Origin: Desulfatiglandales bacterium
GTDB lineage: Bacteria; Desulfobacterota; DSM-4660; Desulfatiglandales; Desulfatiglandaceae
Direction of reading: 5' to 3'
Length of the DNA: 64,000 nt
Assembly: GCA_963662465.1 (NCBI GenBank)
Contig: OY759599.1
Span: forward strand, 864,001-928,000
Notes under the pieces: generated by a model
Told to the model about the DNA's origin: nothing
What the model saw: only the letters and a program-made list of their open reading frames with translations
Databases searched by the model: none
Part shown: positions 49,567 to 58,651 of the stretch, piece after piece
Layout: each line of letters opens with the position of its first letter
Position numbering within the stretch: position 1 is the stretch's first letter
Position numbers and translations under genes: made by a program

Positions 49567-51126
49567 TTGAAAAATTTTGCGGGTGTCCAATGGAAATTCT
49601 TTTCAATTGGGCTTGTTTCGATTTTACTCATATTGGGATCGACCATTCCTATCATCCCGGTTTTTGCGAGCGACAGTGCAATCCGTGTTGCCATGTTTTC
49701 AAACGATCCCGTGGGAATCGATGTTCTGTCCCAGGCATTCAGCCCGGACGGATTTTCCGTTCTTTCACAGATCAGTGAGCCGCTGCTTCATCCGGATGTT
49801 GACGGGAATCTTCAGGGCGCTATTGCCCACAGCTGGAAGCAGATCAACGCCACCGAATGGGAATTCGTCATCAGGAAAGGCATCACATTTCATAACGGCG
49901 AATTATGTGACGGTTACGCCGTAAAGACTTCCATCGAAACCATTCTTGATCCTCATGTGGGGTCAGCCTTTTCCCAGCCCCTTAATACCATCAAATCCGC
50001 ATCCGTAAGTTTGACGGATCCATATGTGGTTCGCATCAAAACCTTTGTGCCGGATGGTATGCTGCTCCACCGATTATCTTTCGCCGCCATTCTGCCGCCC
50101 CGATATTTAAAGGCGGTGGGTGTTGAGGGGTTTCACAGGCGCCCTGTGGGGACGGGTCCTTTCAAGTTTGTGAAATGGGTTCCCAAGCAAGAGATTGTTC
50201 TAAAAAGAAATGAGGATTACTGGCGGGAGGGTTATCCGAAAGTCGAAAATCTCGTTTATGTAATTTTACCGCCCGATCAATGGATTCAGGCTTTAACGGA
50301 GGGCCTGGTAAATGTGGTGCCCTTTCTGGATGGGCGGCATATCCGGGAAGTGGTAAAGAATAAGGATTTGAGGGTTAAAAAGAGAAAGTGTCTCTATACC
50401 ACGGTCATCATGTTGCACAACCGGGGACCCCTGGCCCTTAAGGCGGTTCGACAGGCCCTGAATTACGCCTTGGATAAGCAGGATATCGTAAGATATGCCG
50501 ATTACGGCAATTCCATTCCGGTGGCCTCACTGGGTCTGGAGGGAAGCATCGGCAGAAATATGGACATAAAACCCTATCCTTACGACATCGAAAAAGCGAA
50601 GCAGCTACTGGCCCAAACGCCCTTCGAAAACGGATTTACCCTGAAAGTGCTGACCGGGGATACTTCCCAGGCACTCGCCAAAATCATGAGAGCGCAATAC
50701 AGCAAGATAAACGTCAGGCTTGATTTGGAAGTGGTGCCGCGGACGGATTTGACGGAAAAGGTTATGATTTATCAAATCCAAAATCATTTGAAACGACCGG
50801 ACTATGATTTGGTCCTTTACCCGGTGGACAATCTATTGATCGATATCTCTTTTACGGCACGCTGGGCCTACTTTTCCCAAAGTCCCTGGTCTCTTTTGCG
50901 GAGCCGCGAATATGATGAAAAATATTTGTGGGCACTGCAGACGGATTCCTTCAAGACGCATGAAAGGCGGTTATGGAAATTGGATCGGTTCTTTCACGAG
51001 GAAGCCTTGTCGATCTTCACGACCCAGAGAATTTTGACGGTGGTGACCCATAAGGCGGTCACACTGCCCATTCCCTTGAACGGGAATTTTTACTATGGGA
51101 CCTTCGATAAGGCTGAAGTGAATTGA
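49567..51126 (+). CDS. Family 5 (peptide/nickel) ABC substrate-binding protein, orphan
   Basis: IRKGITFHNG, PVGTGPF, VRQALNYALD, YDIEKAKQLL; TTG start inferred. Confidence 0.85.
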   Translation: MKNFAGVQWKFFSIGLVSILLILGSTIPIIPVFASDSAIRVAMFSNDPVGIDVLSQAFSPDGFSVLSQISEPLLHPDVDGNLQGAIAHSWKQINATEWEFVIRKGITFHNGELCDGYAVKTSIETILDPHVGSAFSQPLNTIKSASVSLTDPYVVRIKTFVPDGMLLHRLSFAAILPPRYLKAVGVEGFHRRPVGTGPFKFVKWVPKQEIVLKRNEDYWREGYPKVENLVYVILPPDQWIQALTEGLVNVVPFLDGRHIREVVKNKDLRVKKRKCLYTTVIMLHNRGPLALKAVRQALNYALDKQDIVRYADYGNSIPVASLGLEGSIGRNMDIKPYPYDIEKAKQLLAQTPFENGFTLKVLTGDTSQALAKIMRAQYSKINVRLDLEVVPRTDLTEKVMIYQIQNHLKRPDYDLVLYPVDNLLIDISFTARWAYFSQSPWSLLRSREYDEKYLWALQTDSFKTHERRLWKLDRFFHEEALSIFTTQRILTVVTHKAVTLPIPLNGNFYYGTFDKAEVN

Positions 51127-51310
51127 GGTTTTGTCAAGGGGATATCCGGTTATGCCCATATGAAACGCAAGGATTCGGCATTTATCTAATATTTCAGGCT
51201 AAACATGAAAGAGGAAAGGTCGTGCATTTTGATGGATAACATTTCAAATCGGATGAGATTCGGATCTGTATAATTACTGGTTGGGCGTATTAAGAAGTAG
51301 GAGAGCATAA

Positions 51311-52165
51311 ATGGGTAAATGGATTCTGATCGGGCTTGGAGTCATCGTCATTTGCATAGCGATCTCTTTCATAGTCGGGCGTGCTCGTGAAACTGCAAAG
51401 TTGGATCGAACGGTAGAGATGCTTGTCGACCAGGGCTCTGTCCCAGATGTTGACGTTGTGGATTTCGATTCCTTTTCCGATCTTCCACCGCCTGTTGCTC
51501 GCTATTTCAAGCACGTTTTGGTTGATAACCAAAAATTAATAAAGACTGCCAGAATGCACCAATCTGGTATGCTACGAACTAATATAAAAACCGATGTATG
51601 GTTTTCGTTCACTGCGAATCAGGTGGTTGTACCACCAGCCATTGGTTTCATTTGGAATGCTAAGGTTGAAATGCCTCTAGGCACTCACGTTCGCGTTCTG
51701 GACAGCTACATTGCTGGAGTGGGTGCAGGTAGAGTTAGTATCCTGTCTGCATTTGCTGTCGCCTCAGAAGCTGGTGACACAAAACTAAATTCAGGGGCAT
51801 TGCACAGATACCTTGCGGAAGCTGTATGGTTTCCGACAGCTCTTTTGCCTCAGTCAGGGGTGGTTTGGAGTTCGATTGACGACCGATCGGCAAAGGCCAT
51901 ACTGACGAATAGTGGTAACTCTGTATCTTTGGAGTTCCGCTTTAACGATGCCGATGAGGTGGTGGCTATTTATAGCTCAGGCCGATTCGGGCGCTTCGAT
52001 GGAGAGTACAAGAAAGTACCGTGGGAGGGACACTTCCGCGACTATCAAATCCGAGGGGGTATGCTCATTCCTATGTGTGGAGAAGTTGGCTGGTACGAAG
52101 AAGAAACCCTGGACCTAGTCTGGAAAGGAAACCTTATTGATGTACAGTATCAGCTTGGATACTGA
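51311..52165 (+). CDS. Cassette 1: DUF6544/DUF6920-like membrane-anchored protein
   Basis: LPPPVARYF, GFIWNA, RYLAEAVWFPTALLP. Confidence 0.7.
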   Translation: MGKWILIGLGVIVICIAISFIVGRARETAKLDRTVEMLVDQGSVPDVDVVDFDSFSDLPPPVARYFKHVLVDNQKLIKTARMHQSGMLRTNIKTDVWFSFTANQVVVPPAIGFIWNAKVEMPLGTHVRVLDSYIAGVGAGRVSILSAFAVASEAGDTKLNSGALHRYLAEAVWFPTALLPQSGVVWSSIDDRSAKAILTNSGNSVSLEFRFNDADEVVAIYSSGRFGRFDGEYKKVPWEGHFRDYQIRGGMLIPMCGEVGWYEEETLDLVWKGNLIDVQYQLGY

Positions 52166-52189
52166 GATATTGGTTAGCGCAACGGGTAC

Positions 52190-52280
52190 GCCCAACAAGT
52201 GCATGCAGACCGACTTGGCATCACTTGCCGCTCCTGACGTCGCTCTGCGGTCTACCAAGCGGCTGATGCTGCCGTTAGCG
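52190..52280 (+). other. attC site 1
   Basis: GCCCAAC...GCATGCAGACCGACTTGG pairs with CCAAGCGGCTGATGC...GTTAGCG, leaving extrahelical bases. Confidence 0.85.
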
Positions 52281-52297
52281 TGCTTAAAGAGGATTAT

Positions 52298-52639
52298 ATG
52301 GTTAATTCATTCATTATGAAACAAATTCCTGAGAGAGATTGGAAGGTCCTCAGAGCACTCAAAGATAAATTGACGGAGCGTTTCTGTGATCATGTTTTTG
52401 AACAACTTATTCCAATTATCGAAAGACGCACAAAAGGTAGTTACAAAGCGTATCTAGAGATGTGGAAAATTCTGAACAAAGAAGACGATGATTTTACTTC
52501 TATGTTTGATGATCTCAAAAGAAGCGCAGCTTTTTTTAAACTTGCTACGTGGAAGAAAAGTGGATTACTTTCAGATGAGGACTTTTCTGAGTTTAGTGAA
52601 GAAACTCAGAATACTATAGCCTTGCTTACTGATATCTAA
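52298..52639 (+). CDS. Cassette 2: hypothetical protein
   Basis: RBS; IPERDWKVLR...FDDLKRS...FSEETQ; bounded by GTTAGCG and AGCTAAC. Confidence 0.7.
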   Translation: MVNSFIMKQIPERDWKVLRALKDKLTERFCDHVFEQLIPIIERRTKGSYKAYLEMWKILNKEDDDFTSMFDDLKRSAAFFKLATWKKSGLLSDEDFSEFSEETQNTIALLTDI

Positions 52640-52641
52640 TC

Positions 52642-52701
52642 AGCTAACAAGCGCTTCCAGTTGAGCGGTCTTGCTGTCGCCAACTGAATCTAGTGTTTGG
52701 C
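52642..52701 (+). other. attC site 2
   Basis: AGCTAAC...TTCCAGTTGAGCG pairs with CGCCAACTGAA...GTTTGGC. Confidence 0.8.
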
Positions 52702-52728
52702 ATGCTAAACATCCAGAGAAGGGAATAT

Positions 52729-53379
52729 ATGAAACAAAATGGCCCCAGTTTAACCGCACGAAAAGTTGCAATGATGCGGGCAGCAACATCAAATACTTGA
52801 TAGCCCGAAAGTATTCGAAGATCCAATGGCGTTAGATATTATCGGCCTTCAAGATGTTTTAAAAATTTATTCAGAAAAACGAAAGTTCAAGACAAGCTTA
52901 CAACGCTATCTCAGGGCTATCGTTATCGCTCGTAGCAAATTTGTTGAAGATGAACTATCTGTTGCTATAAATCGTGGTGTGCGTCAGTATGTTATTCTTG
53001 GTGCAGGCCTCGACACGTTTGCCTATCGCAATCCATATTCCGATGACGGTTTGAAAGTATTTGAAGTTGACCATCCAGCCACACAAGAATTGAAGCGGCA
53101 GCAACTTGATGCTGCAAAGATACCCATACCAGAAACTTTGACTTTCGTCCCAATAGACTTTGAAAATCAGATATTGGCAGATCAGTTGGGAAAAGCTGGA
53201 TTCAGGACGTATGAACCATCCTTTTTTTCGTGGCTTGGGGTAACGCGGATTTAAAAGCTATTGGCTTCAAACAGGCTGAAGACATTGGACCTGAAGAAAT
53301 AAATGCACGATTTTTCGTTGATCGAACAGATAAATTGATGGTTGGTAATTTCGGACATTTAATGAAAGCACAGGTTTGA
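52729..53379 (+). pseudogene. Cassette 3: LCM-family SAM-dependent methyltransferase, frameshifted and internally deleted
   Basis: SLTARKVAMMRAA/HQILD, QYVILGAGLDTFAYR, FEVDHPATQ, WLGV. Confidence 0.8.
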
Positions 53380-53385
53380 AAGGGT

Positions 53386-53455
53386 GCCCAGCAAATCATT
53401 CCAGCGGATCGCCTTTCGCTTCGCTTCAGGCTGTCCCCTGAATTCGTCGTTATTC
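53386..53455 (+). other. attC site 3 (degenerate R'')
   Basis: GCCCAGC...ATTCCAGCGGATCGCCT pairs with AGGCTGTCCCCTGAAT...GTTATTC. Confidence 0.75.
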
Positions 53456-53483
53456 CGCAAGAAACATTAATGATGGTGAATAG

Positions 53484-55697
53484 ATGATAGAAAAGCAGTT
53501 TGATATACCGTTTATCTCAGACCTGGCACTTCGGGAAAAACAGATTCAGCAAAACTATCGCCCGGTCATTGCTGTGCATAAATGGTTTGCAAGACGTCCG
53601 GGCACTTTGTTCCGCGGTTTGCTCTTGTCTGAGTTTTCTGGAAAGCCGCTTCAGGAAGTGTTTTATAAAGCGAACGATCTTTCCGGCTGCCGGGTAGCTG
53701 ATCCATTCATGGGTGGTGGTACCCCGATCCTGGAGGCAAACCGTCTTGGGTGCGATGTTACCGCATTCGATATCAACCCGATGTCTTACTGGATCGTCAA
53801 ACAGGAAATCGAACATCTTGATCTTGGCGCTTATACAAAAGCAGCTGAGTTCCTTCGCACAACACTGGAAAAGGAAATCGGACAGTTTTATCGAACGCGA
53901 TGCACGCTATGCGGCTCGAACAATGCTCATGTAAAATACTTCCTTTGGGTTAAAGTAACGCCATGTCATGAATGTGGAAAGGATATGGACTTGTTTCCCG
54001 GCTATCTTCTTTCCGCGGATTCCAGACATCCCAAAAACGTTTTTATTTGCCCTACTTGCGGAGAACTGACCGAAACCAGCGACCGTAAAGAGCCCGGCTA
54101 CTGTAATCAATGCGCCGCTGAACTGACGTTGAATGGACCTGCCGGGCGAAGCCGTTGCAGATGCTCGGCGTGCGGCGCCGACAATCATTATCCTAATGCC
54201 GGTCTTGGCGCTCCGCGGCACCGCCTTTTTGCAATGGAATACCACTGCCAAAAATGCAAGCCATCTCATGCCGGCAGATTCTTCAAAAAACCTGATGATC
54301 AGGATATGGAGCGGATCAATGAGGTCGAGAGACGCTGGTCAAAAATGCGTCCAAAGTATGTTCCTGGCGATGAGATCCCAAGCGGTGATGAGACAGACCG
54401 CTTACACCGATGGGGGTACACACGCTATTTGGAAATGTTCAACAATCGTCAGCTTCTTGGCTTGGAACTTTCTGCCCGCATGATTGCGAGAACACCCAAC
54501 GAGCGCGTACGCAATGCGCTGGCGACGAACCTTTCCGACCTGCTCCGCTATCAGAACATGTTATGCCGTTACGACTCGATAGCGTTGAAGTCATTAGACA
54601 TTTTCTCTGTTCACGGTTTTCCGGTAGGCTTGATTCAATGCGAGTCTAATTTCCTTGGCATCATGGAGCTGGGGCGCAGCATGTGTGTGGGTAGCGGCGG
54701 GTGGGCAAATATAACCGAGAAATTTAAAAAGGCAAAGTCCTATTGTGATCATCCATTTGAGGTCAGACATCAGGGTCGCTCAAAGAAAATCATTCCAATC
54801 AATGGAGAATGGATCGGCGATCATTTGAACGGTGATAATTCCGCACCTGCCCGAGTTGTCGACATCTCATGCCAAAATGCAGCATCCTGCACGTTGCCGG
54901 ACGCTTCGCTGGATGCCGTATTTACCGATCCTCCCTATTTTGGCAACATCCAGTATGCGGAGCTTATGGATTTCTGCTATGTCTGGCTCAAAAAATTGGT
55001 TGGGTGGAACTCCAGCGCGTTTAATGCCGATTCTACCCGCACACCTGATGAGTTGACCGGCAATGTTAATATGGGGCGTGGGATCGATCATTTCACAGAG
55101 GGGCTTTCCTCTGTTTTCCGACGTATGGCGAGGGCGTTAAAGCCTGGTTCGCCTCTGGCATTCACCTACCACCACAACAATATCGAAGCTTACTATCCTG
55201 TCGCGGTGGCTATCCTTGACGCTGGGTTAACCTGTTCGGCGTCGCTTCCTTGTCCGGCGGAAATGAGCGCATCTATCCACATAAACGGAACAGGCTCCTC
55301 TATTATCGATACCGTGTTTGTTTGTCGGCAAACTGGTGCCATGCAGCGGAAGTGGCTAGCGAATTCTCCGGATGAAGCCGTTAGGATCGTTAAAGAAGAC
55401 TTGAATCAGCTCAGGGTTGGAAACGTTAAGCCGACGCCCGGCGATATCAGATGCGTCATCTATGGGCATTTGATTCGATTAGCCATCTGGTCCTTACGCC
55501 TTGATTGGATGAAAAACGAACCGACAACCACGCGCATCGAAAAAGTTTCAGCCTGGCTCCATCACTTCGGAGGCTGGGCCGAAATTGAAAAGTGCATGGC
55601 GTACGACAGAGTAGCGACAACGAAGGATATGCCTTTGTTCGCTGTACACGAAAGTGCTGTAGAATATGGAGCCGAATATGCCGACCTTCCCTTTTGA
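53484..55697 (+). CDS. Amino-DNA methyltransferase with Zn ribbons (DUF1156/COG1743-like)
   Basis: HKWFARR, DPFMGGGT, several CxxC pairs, TDPPY. Confidence 0.88.
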   Translation: MIEKQFDIPFISDLALREKQIQQNYRPVIAVHKWFARRPGTLFRGLLLSEFSGKPLQEVFYKANDLSGCRVADPFMGGGTPILEANRLGCDVTAFDINPMSYWIVKQEIEHLDLGAYTKAAEFLRTTLEKEIGQFYRTRCTLCGSNNAHVKYFLWVKVTPCHECGKDMDLFPGYLLSADSRHPKNVFICPTCGELTETSDRKEPGYCNQCAAELTLNGPAGRSRCRCSACGADNHYPNAGLGAPRHRLFAMEYHCQKCKPSHAGRFFKKPDDQDMERINEVERRWSKMRPKYVPGDEIPSGDETDRLHRWGYTRYLEMFNNRQLLGLELSARMIARTPNERVRNALATNLSDLLRYQNMLCRYDSIALKSLDIFSVHGFPVGLIQCESNFLGIMELGRSMCVGSGGWANITEKFKKAKSYCDHPFEVRHQGRSKKIIPINGEWIGDHLNGDNSAPARVVDISCQNAASCTLPDASLDAVFTDPPYFGNIQYAELMDFCYVWLKKLVGWNSSAFNADSTRTPDELTGNVNMGRGIDHFTEGLSSVFRRMARALKPGSPLAFTYHHNNIEAYYPVAVAILDAGLTCSASLPCPAEMSASIHINGTGSSIIDTVFVCRQTGAMQRKWLANSPDEAVRIVKEDLNQLRVGNVKPTPGDIRCVIYGHLIRLAIWSLRLDWMKNEPTTTRIEKVSAWLHHFGGWAEIEKCMAYDRVATTKDMPLFAVHESAVEYGAEYADLPF

Positions 55698-56709
55698 AGT
55701 TTCCTTGGATATCATACTCCAGGATACTGAAAGCTATGTTGATGCCGTCTTCTCATGCCTGGAGTCGGAGTTCCTTGTCTTGCCCAAGGGAGCTGGCTTT
55801 GTTGAATATCCGGTCTTCGAACGTGGATACGAAGCGTTGAAAGTTGCAACTGCGGGCTTTTCACAACTCGATCCGAATAAAGTGTTGCCCGTTACAGTCT
55901 CCGAGCCGATTGCAATTGTGGTTTTGCGCTCGATTCTGGGTTTCACACCCCCGGAATGGGGTTACGTCACAACGCAGAGAACCGGCGTATCGGTCACCCA
56001 GGGCTTCGTGCGCTCACTGGACAGAAAGGTGCGAATGGCCCCGGAAACGGAGCTTAACACCAATGGCGTTACCAAAGAACGGCTCAAAGCGATGGTTCAG
56101 ACAGCATGTCAATTACTGTCGGCAGGAGCTCCCAATGTAGATGGCGACCAGTTGCATCGCTTGGACAAGGCTGATACGAAACATGGTGTTGAAGGCATCC
56201 AGAATCTGGCCGGAATGGGCGTCCCTTACGCTATGTTGTTGTATGAACGATTCCTCGGAAGGCCATTCGCCGGACATCGAGATTCCGTAAGTGAAATTAT
56301 TGGCGACAGCTTGGAATTCGCAATAGAAGATGTCCTTTCCAAGGCAGGGGTAAGTTTCCGCAAAACAAAACGGGCGGAACGAATCGCAGGTTTTGACCAG
56401 ATGCCTGACTTCATCATTCCCAGCGAATTCAACCCGCAGGTCATTATTGAGGCAAAAATAACCAAGGATGACGGCACTGCCCGCGACAAGGTGACGCGCA
56501 TTCAGCATCTCGGCGAATTGAGCCTTGCCGGTCGTTCCGAGGATAACCCAAAATATGAGATTATAGCTTGCATCGGCGGGCGTGGCTTCGGGGTCCGCCG
56601 GGAAGACATGAAAAAGATGATCCTTGCGACCAGAGGCAAAGTGTTTACAGCGAAAACCCTGAATCGCATCGTGGAATGCACTAGAATTGGTGAATTTAAG
56701 AGTCGATAG
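55678..56709 (+). CDS. Putative PD-(D/E)xK restriction endonuclease
   Basis: PDFIIP...IIEAK motif; overlaps the methyltransferase stop. Confidence 0.7.
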   Translation: MPTFPFEVSLDIILQDTESYVDAVFSCLESEFLVLPKGAGFVEYPVFERGYEALKVATAGFSQLDPNKVLPVTVSEPIAIVVLRSILGFTPPEWGYVTTQRTGVSVTQGFVRSLDRKVRMAPETELNTNGVTKERLKAMVQTACQLLSAGAPNVDGDQLHRLDKADTKHGVEGIQNLAGMGVPYAMLLYERFLGRPFAGHRDSVSEIIGDSLEFAIEDVLSKAGVSFRKTKRAERIAGFDQMPDFIIPSEFNPQVIIEAKITKDDGTARDKVTRIQHLGELSLAGRSEDNPKYEIIACIGGRGFGVRREDMKKMILATRGKVFTAKTLNRIVECTRIGEFKSR

Positions 56710-56726
56710 CTTAGGATGAAAACACG

Positions 56727-56785
56727 GCATAACGGAATTAAGGGCGACGTCAAAAAGCTGCCGCGCCTTATGCTGGCCGTTCAGC
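56727..56785 (+). other. attC site 4
   Basis: GCATAAC...TAAGGGCG pairs with CGCGCCTTA...GTTCAGC. Confidence 0.65.
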
Positions 56786-56816
56786 TAATGGGGCATAGTT
56801 CAAGAGAGGCCATAGC

Positions 56817-56993
56817 ATGTCTGAGGAAACAAAAATTGATGAGCAATCCGGCGTGGACAGGGGATTGATCGCAGTGTTCTTGAGGATGTCGCCCGAGGAG
56901 CGATTGCGGGCTAACGACAACGCTTTCCGTACAATTCTGGAGTTGAGAGATGCCTACAGGCGGCAGAAAACCAACGAACGCAAGTCTAGGTGA
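56817..56993 (+). CDS. Cassette 5: small protein (58 aa), possible antitoxin
   Basis: Manual translation MSEETKIDEQSGVDRGLIAVFLRMSPEERLRANDNAF...; RBS present; below the ORF track cutoff. Confidence 0.6.
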   Translation: MSEETKIDEQSGVDRGLIAVFLRMSPEERLRANDNAFRTILELRDAYRRQKTNERKSR

Positions 56994-57232
56994 ACTTCTG
57001 GAAGAGCTGTTGAAGGCAGGGGTCGATTTTATTCTGGTCGGAGGCCTTGCCGCCGTGATCCAGGGCGCCCCTATCACAGCAATGGATGTGGACGTTGTTC
57101 ACAGCCAGTCAACCGAGAATATTACCAGACTACTTGCCTTTTTAAAAGCGGTTGATGCTGTTCATCGTCGCTTGGACGACAAGTTAATTGAACCAAAGGA
57201 ACGCGATCTATCGGGGAAGGGGCACGTGCTTC
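56950..57232 (+). pseudogene. Nucleotidyltransferase-fold protein, truncated
   Basis: FILVGGLAAVIQGAPITAMDVDVV; the 3' end is replaced by methyltransferase sequence. Confidence 0.7.
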
Positions 57233-57322
57233 TTGATATACCGTTTATCGCAGACCTGGTACTTCGGGAAAAGCAGATTCAGCAAAACTATCGCCATTGA
57301 AACAGGGGGCCAGGACAATAGA

Positions 57323-58420
57323 ATGCTAGCCAACCCGGAAAAGGTGATTCAGAGCATCAGGGATGCGGGGCTTCAGCCACCGGAAATGCTGACCCTTATG
57401 ATCACCGGCCGGTGCAACCTTCATTGCCGGCACTGTTGGCTGGATTGCCGGCCCGATAGTGCCGCGGGCCCGGTACTGGTGAAGGTTGTTCGTGGCATTA
57501 TCGACGATTTTACCCGGTTGGGAGGCACCGGTTTGACCCTCACCGGTGGAGAGGTGCTGACCCATCCGGACTGGTTCGAAATCCTGGCATTTGCCTGTGA
57601 ACACAAAGGCTTGAAGGAGGTCTGCCTGCAAACCAATGCCATCCTGGTGACCCGCCATGTGGCGGCGGAACTCAGTGCGCTCGGGTCCATGAAGCTCTTG
57701 GTCCAAATCAGCTTGGACGGTGCTTTGGCAAAATCCCACGACCTTGTGCGCGGTAAGGGCAGCTTCAACCAGGCACTGGGCGGACTGAGTTGTTTGCTCG
57801 ACGTAGGTATGGGACCGCAAATTCGAGTCGCCTTTACGGAAATGGCGCACAACTTTGCCGAAATACCGCTTCTCATGAAAAAACTGAAAACATTCGGCAT
57901 AAGGCAGATGGTGAGTGGTACCCTGGTCAAGGGCGGGAGGGCAGGGCGGACAAACCGACTGGTCCTCCCCACCCCGAATCAGTATACTGAAATGGTCAAC
58001 TGGTACCGATCTGACACGGCATTTCGCACTCTGTACGACAAGATGGGCAATATTTCCGCCATCGAATGGTACAAGGGGCGATCCGTTCCTTCAAAACGGC
58101 TCTGCTGCTGCATCAAAACCCCGTTTGTCACCGCCGAAGGGCGGATTTACCCGTGTGTTATGTTGCCTGCCGAGAAATACAGCATCGATGGGATTCACCA
58201 GCGGCCCATGGCGGATATCATCCTCGCGGCCCTGCCCCTGTGGGCCCAATTGCCGGTTATGGAACGGGTCCGGCGCGAGGCACTTGAAAACTGCAAAGGG
58301 TGTCCGGGTGAAGGGCATTGTGGGGGTGGCTGTATGGGGCGGGCCTATGCAGCCTGTGGCGATTTGATGTCAGTAGAGGATCGCTGTGCATTGAGAAGGG
58401 CGGTTTACCGGTTGGACTAG
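57323..58420 (+). CDS. Radical SAM/SPASM domain protein
   Basis: CNLHCRHC, TGGE, ISLDG, GRIYPC, CKGC...HCGGGC. Confidence 0.88.
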   Translation: MLANPEKVIQSIRDAGLQPPEMLTLMITGRCNLHCRHCWLDCRPDSAAGPVLVKVVRGIIDDFTRLGGTGLTLTGGEVLTHPDWFEILAFACEHKGLKEVCLQTNAILVTRHVAAELSALGSMKLLVQISLDGALAKSHDLVRGKGSFNQALGGLSCLLDVGMGPQIRVAFTEMAHNFAEIPLLMKKLKTFGIRQMVSGTLVKGGRAGRTNRLVLPTPNQYTEMVNWYRSDTAFRTLYDKMGNISAIEWYKGRSVPSKRLCCCIKTPFVTAEGRIYPCVMLPAEKYSIDGIHQRPMADIILAALPLWAQLPVMERVRREALENCKGCPGEGHCGGGCMGRAYAACGDLMSVEDRCALRRAVYRLD

Positions 58421-58651
58421 GCCCAGGGTTTGTTCCCGGTTGTAAAGGGCCGTGATAAACATCATGGAAGAAAGGGTATCAGTTGAAGCAAGGCATGCGG
58501 GTAATGATCCGGAACGGGTGTCCGTTATATTGGAGTTTTAGTTCTCCTTTGATCTTTTGGTCGCCATGGGCTATTCTCCTGAAGGGTTTTAGCCCATTTT
58601 AATCCCCCTGGCCGCTGTTTTCATGCAGGCTTGCCGAAAGGAGACGGAAAA

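Larger units (their letters stand above)
51280..57295 (+). mobile_element. Integron cassette array without integrase (CALIN)
   Basis: Four attC sites; cassette ends carry complementary GTT/AAC cores; AT-richer composition than the flanks. Confidence 0.8.

Noticed and set aside
58464..58541. 25-aa ORF MEERVSVEARHAGNDPERVSVILEF as the radical SAM precursor peptide
   Set aside because: It has an ERVSV repeat but no clear RBS and no resemblance to known precursors such as MftA; the evidence is too weak.
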